From the NCBI GenBank assembly GCA_028826165.1, contig JAPDFW010000071.1:248001-312000 (forward strand): a stretch of DNA of 64,000 nucleotides. Direction: 5' to 3'. Position numbers and translations under genes: made by a program. Shown one piece after another: positions 36,401 through 48,128 of the stretch. This DNA is from Anaeramoeba ignava BMAN (taxonomy: Eukaryota; Protista; Anaeramoebae). Position 1 is the first letter of the stretch. Each line of letters begins with the position of its first letter. A model generated the notes under the pieces. It searched no databases and was not told the origin of the DNA. It saw only the letters and a program-made list of their open reading frames with translations.

Positions 36401-38454
36401 CGGATTCGATTGATATTTATTTCTTTGTTCAAAATTGCACCTTAATTGATAACAACACATGTGAGACTGAATTTGATGGGCTTTATCAAGACACATCATA
36501 TTACATCTCAATTCAGTCGATATTAAACACAGGCACTGAATCTTTAGTAGGCTCTTGGACAGCCACCATTTTAGAAACAACATATGGACCACCTTATCGT
36601 ATTAATCCATCATCGATCAAACAGAATTATGATAAAAATACTGAGTTCGTTTCTTGGGATCCGCCGTTTGATAATAATCAGGAAATTTTCGGTTATATTT
36701 TAACTTATGGAATTCGTTCACGTGATCGTGGTACTTTCGAAATGAATTCGGTTGCCTCTCAAAATCCAAACGTTACAATAAGGAATTTGAAACCAAACCA
36801 AACATATTACTTGGATATTTTTGCAATCAATAGAGGAGGAACAGGACCTTCTTTAAGAGATGCTGGAGTGATGTTTTTATCAGGATATTCTGCACCCGCT
36901 CCTGTGGAAATATTCCAAAAAACATTTGATACCGATGGACTTCTTCTTTCTTGGAATCCTCCTGAGAATTATGGTTCTAATATTAGCAATTACCGATATC
37001 AATTAAAAAATAAACCCGGATCAATGAAAAACATCTCCAACGATACAACAGAGTATCTTGTGAGTGAATGTGATGAACAATGCACAGTTACAATACAGGC
37101 AGCCAATCAATTCGGATGGTCAGATGAAAACTACAAAGATTTCCAAATGGAAAAGGCGTCCAAAACAATTTCTTACGTTCTTATTGGTATAACAGTTGGT
37201 TTAGCAGTAATCATTATTGTTCTTGTTGCAACAAGAAGCAAAATTAAGAACACAAGAAGGAAGAAGGCGATTCGTTCTCGAATGAAGAGAATGAAGAAAA
37301 ACTTCGACAAGCACGTGTTGCACAAGCTTGTTCCGCAGCAAGAAACATGGTTTTTCGAGGCATTCCGACCAGATCTTGTTTTTGATATTACGAGCGATAT
37401 CGAGACTAAAATGTATGTTCGTCAAGGAGACCATATCGTGATTCTTAACGAACATGTTTCAGGTGGATTGGTTTTCTGCAAACAAACATCAAAATCTGAA
37501 ATTGAAATTTTGGAGTATTTATGGAAAAAATATCTCGAATTGCCAATGGCGTTCCCGATGATCCAATTCATTGGAGGAACTGAAAAACAACCCGGACACA
37601 ATCGAAAACGTTCTATTAAGCGCAAAAAGCAATTCGATAATGTTCCCCAAAACGATCCGCTTGAGCTCTCCTCGGAAACTGATTCGGATAGCGATCAAAT
37701 CGATTCAATTCAAATCAACGATAATCTCGAGAAAATCCAAGAAAATTCTCTTAAAGATTCCTCAAAACAAATGAAAATTTTCCCTGAAATGAAGAAGAAA
37801 ACAATGATTATTTCTGTGCAATATTTCCCGATGTCTCTTTATGATTATTTGCACATCCGTAAGGAACGCAAACAAGCATTCCAAGAAGATGAGAAAATTT
37901 GGATTGCGTTTAATTTGGCAAAAGCGATCCAATTTATTCACAGTTGTTTTGTGATTCACAGAGACATCAAACCCAAAAACATTATGATCGGAACTGATGG
38001 ATTTCTTCGTGTTGTTGATTTCAACACTGCCGTTAAATTGAGAAAGGGTCAAGCTGTTTTCCGCGGTCCAAGAGTTGGTACTCTTGAATATTTTGATGAT
38101 GCTCCTTCTTATCATTTCGATCCAAAAACTGGTCAATCACATTTTCTTTATACATATGCTCATGATATCTATTCTTATGGAAGAGTTCTCCAAGATCTTT
38201 ATTTTGATGATTCTGATGTCGGTTTCGAAATTGTTTCTTTGAAAGATAAATTTCATACTTCTTCTGAGTTTGATGTTGATTCTGATACTCCGAATGATGA
38301 GTTACTTGGTAAAAATATTTCTCAAGGAACAGAAGTTGATAGAATTATGATGATTATTATTGATTCTTGTCTTGCAAATCCTAAAATTAGAACTAATTGG
38401 AATGATATTTTACAGAATTTACAACCTTTTGTGAAGACTATTTTCAAGATTTAA
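33423..38454 (+). CDS. Single-pass receptor-like kinase: signal peptide, SBBP-type beta-propeller, Cys-rich (GCC2/Eph-like) repeats, 3 FN3, TM, divergent Ser/Thr kinase
   Basis: Exons 33423-34688, 34769-35756, 35840-38454. LIVDPLVYSSFFGG and WVTGY|TSISDIPT (SBBP); CEIGSYS..CIPCEAGHYS..ECKLC; FN3 motifs (VSWDPP, LKPNQTYYLDIFAINRGG, LSWNPPENYGS); TM YVLIGITVGLAVIIIVLVA; kinase HRDIKPKN, DFN, VGTLEY, DIYSYG. Confidence 0.85.
33783..34280 (+). repeat. Coding 27-nt tandem repeat (9 aa EIDNNNFDK/EIELNNFDK, about 18 copies)
   Basis: gataaagaaattgacaacaataatttt variants in frame in the kinase ectodomain. Confidence 0.92.
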
Positions 38455-39575
38455 ATTCAAAATCAAAATGAAATTGAAATTCATTTATAAAATTAAAATC
38501 AAAATTAAAATCAAAATCAAAATTAAATTTAAAATTAAAATTAAAATCAAAATCTAAATATAAAATCAAAATTAAAATCAAAATCTAAATCAAAATCAAA
38601 ATTAAAATTAAAATCAAAATCAAAATCAAAATTAAAATTCAAATCAAAATTAAAATCAAAATTAAAATAAAATAAAATCAAAATCAAAATTAAAATAAAA
38701 ATAAAAATCTAAATTAAAATCAAAATCAAAATCAAAATCAAAATTAAAATCAAAATTAAAATTAAAATCAAAATCAAAATCAAAATCAAAATCAAAATCA
38801 AAATCAAAATCAAAATCAAAAATCAAAATCAAAATCAAAATCAAAATCAAAATCAAAATCAAAATCAAAATCAAAATCAAAATCAAAATCAAAATCAAAA
38901 TCAAAATTAAAAATCAAAATCAAAATCAAAAATTAAAAAATCAAAAATCTAAATAAAAATCAAAATCAAAATCAAAATCAAATCAAAATCAAAATCAAAA
39001 TCAAAATCAAAATCAAAATCAAAATCAAAATCAAAATCAAAATAAAAATCAAAATCAAAATCAAAATCTAAAATCAAAATCAAAATCAAAATCAAAATCA
39101 AAATCAAAATCAAAATCAAAATCAAATCAAAATCAAAATCAAAATCAAAATCTAAATCAAAATCAAAATCAAATTAAAATTCAAAATCAAAATCAAAATC
39201 AAAATCAAAATCAAAATCAAAATCAAAATCAAAATCAAAATCAAAATCAAAATCAAAATTAAAATCAAAAATCAAAATCAAAATCAAAATCAAAATCAAA
39301 ATCAAAATCAAAATCAAAATCAAAATCAAAATCTAAAATCAAAATCAAAATCAAAATCAAAATTAAAAATCAAAATCAAAATCAAAATCAAAATCAAAAT
39401 CAAAATCAAAATCAAAATCTAAATCAAAATCAAAATCAAAATCAAAATCAAAATCAAAATTAAAATCAAAATCAAAATCAAAATTAAAAATCAAAATCAA
39501 AATCAAAATCAAAAAATTAAAATTAAAATCAAAATTAAAATTAATTAAAATCAAAATTAAAATCAAAATTAAAAT
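38455..39575 (+). repeat. Intergenic (AAAATC)n array starting directly after the kinase stop
   Basis: About 1.1 kb of aaaatc/aaaatt hexamers with frequent phase slips, non-coding. Confidence 0.95.
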
Positions 39576-39680
39576 TTATTTGAATAAAACGTTTTTAATG
39601 AGAATAAAAGAAAAATTTTTCATTTTTCATTTTTCATTTTCATTTTCATTTTTCATTTCATTTTTAATCTTATTTTATAA

Positions 39681-42384
39681 ATGCCACCAAAAAAATACAG
39701 ACAAAGAAATAAAATCAAAAAACAAAAAAAAATTCAAAAAGAAAATAAAAAGAAAACCAAAATGAAAGCTGAAAAAAACTTTAAAAATACAAAATCAAAA
39801 AAAATGCAGATGCAAAATTTTAAAATCAAATTGAAAAAAAAAAAATAAAATCAAAACCAAATTCAATTAAATTGTAATAGTCTTCCTTTTAAAGGTTCCA
39901 AAATTAGAGTTATGCCTGATGTTCATTCTGGAAAAAGTTCAGTGATTGGATTCACATCAACACTTTCTGATTATATTATTCCAAATGTTATGTAAATTTA
40001 TCTTTTAATTATATTTAAATAAATATTTTAAATTTAAAATCAAAATTTAATTATTTATTTTAGATTTAAATCAAAATTTATATTTGAATAAATATTCAAA
40101 ATTTAATTAAATATTTTATATTTAATTAAAATTTTAATTTAATTTAAATTTAAAATTAAATAAATATTTCAAAATTTAAATCAAAATCAAAATATTATAT
40201 TTAAATAAAAATATTATAATTAAATAAATATATTAGATCAAAATTAAAATCAAAAAATCAAAATCAAAATTAAAAATAAATAAAAATCTAAATCAAAATT
40301 TAAACAAATAGATTAGATTTAAAAATAAAATCAAAATCAAATCAAAATAAAAATAAAATTTTAAATAATTAATTAAAATATTTAATTATATATTTTTATA
40401 TTTAAATAAATAAAAAGAAAATTTTAATTAAATATCATTTTTCATTTAAATAAAATATATTAGATTCAAAATAAATACCAAAAATTTGAATAAATATAAG
40501 ATTTAAAATATATTTTATAATTAATATATAGAGAAATTTAAAATTATATAAGGAGAAAATTTAAATATAATATTTTAAAATTTGATTTTAAATTAAATCA
40601 ATTTGAAAAGAAATATGACCAATTTTAATTAAATTGTATAGTTTTTTAAATTCCAAAATTAAATAGATTAGATTTAATTAAATATATTATATTTAAATAA
40701 ATATTTTAGATTTAAATAAAATGTTTTTAAATTTAAATCTTTTATTTTATATTTAAATAAATATATTAGATTTAAATAAATATTTTATATTTAAATAAAT
40801 ATATTAGATTTAATTGTATATTTTAGATTTAAATAAATATTTTAGATTTAAATAAATATTTTAGATTTGAATAAATATATTATATTTAAATATATATTTT
40901 AGATTTAAATAAATAGATTAGATTTAAATAAATATATTAGATTTAATTATATATTTTAGATTTAATTAAATATTTTAGATTTAATTAAATATTTATAATT
41001 AATTTATTCTTTCTTTTGTTTTTAAAGTGGTGTTGATATTGGTTGTGGTGTTCTTGCTATTGATTTAGGTCCTGTCGAGTTTGAATTTCCTGCTGTTGAT
41101 AAATTTATTCATGAAAAAATTCCTGCTGGTTTTGAAATTAGAAAAGAATCAGTTCCCTCTCCACAACTACAAGAAATTATGAATACTTTTGATAAAGAAA
41201 CTGAAATTAAAAAATTTTTGGAAAGTGTTAAACAAGTTTCTAAAAAAGTTTCTGGTAAACAAAAATCTAGTGTTATGAAATCGATTGGAACATTAGGGTA
41301 AATATTTTAATATTTTAATATTTATTTAATATTTTAATATTTAATATTTAATATTTATTTTATATTTATTTAATATTTTAATATTTTATATTTATTTAAT
41401 ATTTTAATATTTTATATTTATTTAATATTTTAATATTTATTTAATATTTAATATTTATTTAATATTTTATATTTATTTAATATTTTAATATTTAATATTT
41501 AATATTTATTTAATATTTAATATTTTAATATTTTAATATTTTAATATTTTAATATTTATTTTATATTTAATATTTAATATTTATTTTATATTTATTTAAT
41601 ATTTTAATATTTTAATATTTTATATTTATTTAATATTTAATATTTTATATTTTATATTTATTTAATATTTTAATATTTTAATATTTATTTAATATTTAGT
41701 GGAGGAAATCATTTTATTGAACTTGATCAAGAAGATGGAAGTAAAAATATATGGTTAACAATTCATTGTGGATCAAGAAATTTTGGATTACAAGTAGCAA
41801 ACTATCATCAAAAAAAAGCGAAATCACTAGTTGGAGACAAGAAAGGATTAGAATATTTAGAAGGAGAACATGCTAAAGAATATCTTGAAGACATGAAAGT
41901 TGCACAAAAATATGCGAAACTAAACAGAAGAACAATAGCAGATCAAATAGTGCATGAATTTTTTGGATTGGAATTGTCAAAACTGGATATTGTTGAGTCG
42001 ATTCACAATTACATTGATTTTGAGGATAATATCATAAGAAAAGGAGCAATTTCAGCTAGAAAAGGAGAAAGATTAGTTATTCCCTTTAATATGGCAACTG
42101 GTCTTATTATCGGTTTTGGAAAAGGTAATGAAGAGTATAATTGTAGTGGTCCTCATGGAAGTGGAAGATTGTTATCAAGAACTCAAGCTAAACAAAAACT
42201 TAAAATGAGTGATTTTCAAAAAATTATGAAGGATAGTAATGTTTATTCTACTTGTGTTGTTAATTCAACTATTGATGAAGCTCCTTTTGCTTATAAAGAT
42301 ACTGATACTATTTTGAAGTTTATTGAACCAACAGTTGAAATTGAAAAGAGATTGAAACCAATTTATAATTTTAAAGCAAAATAA
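39681..42384 (+). CDS. rtcB: RtcB-family RNA ligase, short bacterial type, 3 exons; 5' end corrupted or uncertain
   Basis: Exon 1 to 39991 (SKIRVMPDVHSGK..VIGFT..IIPNVI), exon 2 41028-41297 (GVDIGCG..SIGTLG), exon 3 41700-42384 (GGNHFIE, IHCGSRNFG, HNYID, RKGA, SGPHGSGR, DEAPFAYK). ATG 39681 is in frame, but a TAA lies at 39846 in an A-rich stretch. Confidence 0.9.
40000..41000 (+). repeat. Degenerate AT satellite (about 19-mer TTTAAATAAATATWTTAGA in 3' half) in RtcB intron 1 (39992-41027)
   Basis: Repeated tttaaataaatattttaga units; polypyrimidine tract and AAAG acceptor at 41027. Confidence 0.8.
41300..41697 (+). repeat. Pure A/T (AATATTT[T])n satellite filling RtcB intron 2 (41298-41699)
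   Basis: No C or G seen between the donor GTAAAT and the acceptor TTTAG. Confidence 0.9.
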
Positions 42385-42387
42385 TAA

Positions 42388-44076
42388 TTCAATTTTAATT
42401 CAATTCTAAATCAATTTTAAATCAATTTTAAATCAATTTTAAATAAATTCTAAATCAATTTTATATTAATTTTATATCAATTTTATATCAATTTTAAATC
42501 AATTTTATATCAATTTTAAATCAATTTTAAATCAATTTTAAATCAATTTTATATCAATTTTATATCAATTTTATATCAATTTTATATCAATTTTATATCA
42601 ATTTTATATCAATTTTATATCAATTTTATATCAATTTTAAATCAATTTTAAATCAATTTTAAATCAATTTTAAATCTATTTTAAATCAATTTTATATCAA
42701 TTCTAAATCAATTTTATATCAATTTTATATCAATTTTATATCAATTCTAAATTTTAAAATCAATTTTATATCAATTTTATATCAATTTTATATCAATTTT
42801 AAATCAATTTTTAAATCAATTTTTAAATCAATTTTATATCAATTTTTAAATCAATTTTAAATCAATTTTATATTAATTTTATATCAATTTTAAATCAATT
42901 TTATATCAATTTTAAATCAATTTTATATCAATTTTAAATCAATTTTATATCGATTTTAAATCAATTTTATATCAATTTTAAATCAATTTTAAATCAATTT
43001 TAAATCAATTTTAAATCAATTTTATATCAATTTTATATCAATTTTATATTAATTTTATATCAATTTTATATTAATTTTATATCAATTTTATATTAATTTT
43101 AAATCAATTTTAAATCAATTTTATATCAATTTTATATCAATTTTAAATCAATTTTAAATCAATTTTAAATCAATTTTAAATCAATTTTATATCAATTTTA
43201 TATCAATTTTATATCAATTTTATATCAATTTTATATCAATTTTATATTAATTTTAAATCAAATTTAAATCAATTTTAAATCAATTCTAAATCAAATTTAA
43301 ATTAATTTTAAATCAAATTTAAATCAATTTTAAATCAATTTTAAATCAAATTTAAATCAATTTTAAATCAATTTTATATCAATTTTATATCAATTTTAAT
43401 TCAATTCTAAATCAATTTTATATCAATTTTAAATCAATTTTATATTAATTTTAAATCTATTTTAAATCAATTTTAAATCAATTTTATATCAATTTTAAAT
43501 CAATTTTAAATCAATTTTATATCAATTTTAAATCAATTTTATATCAATTTTATATCAATTTTAAATCAATTTTATATTAATTTTATATCAATTTTAAATC
43601 AATTTTATATCAATTTTATATCAATTTTAAATCAATTTTATATTAATTTTATATCAATTTTAAATCAATTTTAAATCAATTTTAAATTAATTTTTATATC
43701 AATTTTTATATCAATTTTAAATCAATTTTATATCAATTTTAAATCAATTTTTAAATCAATTTTAAATCAATTTTATATCAATTTTATATCAATTTTATAT
43801 CAATTTTATATCAATTTTAAATCAATTTTATATCAATTTTATATCAATTTTAAATCAATTTTATATTAATTTTAAATCAATTTTAAATCAATTTTAAATC
43901 AATTTTAAATCAATTTTAAATCAATTTTATATCAATTTTATATCAATTTTATATCAATTTTATATCAATTTTAAATCAATTTTAAATCAATTTTAAATCA
44001 ATTTTATATCAATTTTAAATCAATTTTAAATCAATTCTAAATCAAATTTAAATTAATTTTATATTAATTTTATATC
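42388..44076. repeat. 11-bp satellite (TCAATTTTAWA)n, about 150 copies, starting right after the RtcB stop
   Basis: Alternating tcaattttata / tcaattttaaa units over about 1.7 kb. Confidence 0.95.
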
Positions 44077-44216
44077 AAAAATATAAATTTAGAATCGATT
44101 GTTTTGCTTTTTTTTTACAAAGAGATTTGCCTTTCAAATAAAAACAAAAAATTTATTTTTTTATTTTAATTTTTTTTTTTCATTTTTTTTCTTTTTATTT
44201 TTATTAATTATTTTAA

Positions 44217-47200
44217 ATGGCCGTTTCTAAAAAACAAGTTCTCTTTTTTTTAATTTTTGCAACTGGTTTTATTTTCTTTTGTGTTTCTTTATTTGGTTTA
44301 TACACCCCACTTTATAAAAAAAGAAAAAATTCAGAGCCAGTTTTATGTAACGTCATTTCTCGTTCTTGGAATAAAAAGATTGAATTTACAATTGGTGTAA
44401 TTTTTCTTTACTTTTTAAATCATTTACAAATTAAAATTAAAATTAATATTAATATTAAAATTAAAATTAAAATTAAAATTAAAATTAAAAATTAAAAATT
44501 AAAATTAAAATTAAAATTAAAATTAAAATCAAAATTAAAATTAAAATTAAAATTAAAATTAAAATTAAAATTAAAATTAAAATTAAAATTAAAATTAAAA
44601 TTAAAATTAAAATTAAAAATTAAAATTAAAATTAAAATTAAAATTAAAATTAAAATTAAAATTAAAATTAAAATTAAAATTAAAATTAAAATTAAAATTA
44701 AAATTAAAATTAAAATTAAAAATCAAAATTAAAATTAAAATTAAAATTAAAATTAAAATTAAAATTAAAATCAAAATTAAAATTAAAATCAAAATCAAAA
44801 TTAAAATTTAAAAATTAATATTAAAATTAAAAATAAAATCAAAATCAAAATTAAAATTAATATTAAAATTAAAATTAAAATTAAAATTAAAATTAAAATT
44901 AAAATTTAAATAAAAAGTTCTCTTGCTATCCTGGAACAGAATATCAAGGGAATAGTGACTTTAATACATTTCAACAAGGAACAGTAGAAGGAACAGAAGT
45001 TTCTAATTATGCAGATGGAGCAAATTATACATTTTATTATTATGAGAAGGATAGTGTATGTTTTAATTCAAAAATAATATTAAAATTTAATTTAAAATTA
45101 AAATCTAATTTAAAATTATTATTAAAATTAAAATTAAAATTAAAATTAAAATCAAAATTAAAATTAAAATTAAAATTAAAATTAAAATTAAAATTAAAAA
45201 TTAAAATTAAAAATAAAATTAAAATTAAAAATAAAATTAAAATGAAAATGAAAATTAAAATTAAAATTAAAATTAAAAAATAGGATTTTTATTTAGAATT
45301 TCCAGATTTTAACAAAGGAGCAATAATATCACTTTCTGTTATATCTGCAATTATTTTATATCCAGTTCTTGGGTTTTTATTTGGATATTATCTTCCTAAA
45401 TTAATATCAAAATGCAATGCTAAATCCAAATGTTGCACAAGAAAAAGACGAAGACAAGTAGTTCCGTCATCACTATCCAAGACAAAAAAGACACAAGATC
45501 CATTCTCAGATGTTCTAGCTGATGGTATATTATCTTTCTCAAAACATTTCGTTTTTTTTTGGATTAAGATTTTTTTATTATATTTTTTTTTAAAATCAAA
45601 TAGAAATTACTTTATCTCCTATTAATTTCGAAGTTGTGGATATTAAATCTTATTTACGAAATGCAATGCAACTTGAAGAGTTTTCAGATATTACTTTTAT
45701 TCTTGGAGATGATGAGTTTCTTGGTCATAAAGTATTATTGAAATTATTATTAAATTTATTATTAAATTTATTATTAAAATTATTATTAAATTATTATTAA
45801 ATTAATTATTAAAATTATTAATAAAATTATTATTAAATTAATTATTAAAAATATTTATAAAATTATTATTAAATTTATTATTAAAATTATTATTAAATTT
45901 ATTATTTAAATTATTATTAAAATTATTATTAAAATTATTATTAAAATTATTATTAAAATTATTATTAAAATTATTATTAAAATTATTATTAAAATTATTA
46001 TTAAAATTATTATTAAAATTATTAATAAAATTATTATTAAATTATTTATTAATATTATTAAAATTATTATTAAAATATTATTAAAATTATTATTAAAAAT
46101 ATTATTAAAATTATTATTAAAATTATTATTAAATTTTATTATTAAATTTATTATAAAAATTATTATTAAATTTATTATTAAAATTATTATTAAATTTATT
46201 ATTAAAATTATTATTAAATTTATTATTAAAATTATTATAAAAATTATTATTAAATTATTTATTAAAATTATTATTAAAATTATTATTAAAATTATTATTA
46301 AATTTGATAGATTATCCTTTCACAACGTTGTAATTTCTTTAAAAGATACTTTCAAGAACACAGTGGTGTTACAGAAATGGAATTTCCTGAATATACTTAT
46401 GATGTTTTTCATAAATTTATGGAATGGATTTATTGTGGTTCTGTTGAAATTCCTTCATCAATGTTTCAGAATGTTTGATATTTTAATGAAAATATTCAAA
46501 TCAATATTTAAAAATAATAATTTGAAAATATTTTTACTTTTCTTTTATTAAGATGATTCAAATGGCAGAAAGATTTTCGGCTACATCATTCCAACAGATT
46601 TTAGTCCAAAATTCTTCAGAACAAAATTCTCGTAAAAAGCCTCTTAAAAAGAATCTGTTTCTTATTTTTATAATTTATTCATCACAAAAAAATTTTTTTT
46701 ATTAAATTTTAAATAGAAAAACCAATTAAATTATCTGAACCAATTGGAGGTGAATTTTCACAAGCTGTTGGACAAGAACTTTTCTCGGATATTGCATTTA
46801 TTGTTGAAGGAAAAACTATTGCCGCTCATAAGATTATTTTAGCTTCTAGATCAGATTATTATCGTGCAGTTTTTTTATCAGGGTTAATTTCAGATTAATA
46901 TTAAAATTAAAATTCATTTATAAAATTAAAATTAAAATTAAAATTCATTTATAAAATTAAAATTAAAATTAAAATTAAAATTAAAATTAAAATTTATTTT
47001 GAAAATTAAAATTAAAATTCATTTATAAAATTAAAATTAAAATTCATTTATAAAATTAAAATTAAAATTTATTTATAAAATTAAAATTAAAATTAAAATT
47101 AAAATTAAAATTAAAATTAAAATTAAAATTAAAATTAAAATATAAAATTATAATTAAAAATTAAAATTAAAATTAAAATTAAAATTGAAATTAAAATTAA

Positions 47201-47815
47201 AATTAAAATTAAAATTAAAATTAAAATTAAAATTAAAATTAAAATTAAAATTAAAATTAAAATTAAAATTAAAATTAAAATTAAAATTAAAATTAAAATT
47301 AAAATTAAAATTAAAATTAAAATTAAAATTAAAATTCATTTATAAAATTAAAATTAAAATTAAAATTCATTTTGAAATTAAAATCAAAATTAAAATTAAA
47401 ATTAAAATTTATTTTGAAAATTATAATTAGAATGAGAGAAAGTAGAGAAACAGAATTAATTGTTCCTGATATTACTTATGCAACTTTCAATGATATTCTT
47501 CAATTTCTTTATTCAGGAGAAATTTTAATTACTGATGAAACTGATGTAATTTCCCTTTTAGTAGCAGCTGATGAATTAGCTATTGATCCTCTTAAATCTA
47601 GATGTGAATCTGTAATTTCAGTTAATATTGATCTTGGAAACTGTTTAGATTTATTGCAATTTTCTGATATTTACTTTGCTCATCAACTCAAAGAACATGT
47701 TATTCATTTTATTTTGAAGAATATACAAAAAGTCAAGAAAACTCCTGAATTTTCAAAATTGGATTCGGAATTGCTCGCAGAAATTGAATTAAAAGCAAAA
47801 TCAAAAACTAATTAA
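44217..47815 (+). CDS. 8-exon two-TM membrane protein fused to tandem BTB + BACK domains
   Basis: Exons 44217-44396, 44918-45055, 45284-45524, 45604-45731, 46311-46472, 46553-46631, 46717-46882, 47431-47815 splice in frame. TM1 VLFFLIFATGFIFFCVSLFGLY; TM2 GAIISLSVISAIILYPVLGFLFGYYL; BTB1 FSDITF..FLGHK|IILSQRC; BTB2 FSDIAFIVEGK.IAAHKIILASRSDYY..SG|MRES; BACK NCLDLL..LKEHVIHFI. Confidence 0.85.
44428..44910 (+). repeat. Intronic (AAAATT)n array (intron 44397-44917); same unit in introns 45056-45283 and 46883-47430
   Basis: Direct reading. Confidence 0.92.
45740..46303 (+). repeat. Intronic 12-mer (AAAATTATTATT)n array filling intron 45732-46310
   Basis: The intron splits the BTB GHK|IILS motif; its interior is almost purely A/T. 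Confidence 0.92.
46900..47425 (+). repeat. Intronic (AAAATT)n array with CATTTAT interruptions
   Basis: Intron 46883-47430. Confidence 0.9.
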
Positions 47816-48128
47816 ATTAAGTACATTTCTCAATCTTAATGTCCTTTTGCTTTTTGCTTTTTGCTTTTCTCTTTTCTTTTTTTGCTTTTTGCTTTTCTCT
47901 TTTTTTGCTTTTTTCGCTTTTTTTGGTTATTTGATTGCTTTTTTGCAATAAAAAGTTTTGAAATTTAAAATTTCTTTTTCTTTTCTTTTCTTTTCTTTTT
48001 TTTAATTGTTTTTGAAAAAAAGAAAAAGTGGAACAAAAAGTGGAACAAAAAGTGAAAAAAAAGAGAATTGAAAAAAAATTTGAAAAAGAAAAGGATTTTT
48101 TTTGGAAGGAATAAAGAAATAATTCCTT

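Noticed and set aside
39846-39848. In-frame TAA in RtcB suggesting TAA=Gln reassignment
   Set aside because: TAA terminates most genes here exactly where homology ends. The site lies in a scrambled A-rich stretch next to a satellite, so an assembly error is more likely.
39681-42384. Intein in RtcB (a known intein host) or other genes
   Set aside because: The interruptions are GT-AG introns full of stop codons. No in-frame Hint or LAGLIDADG insertion was seen.
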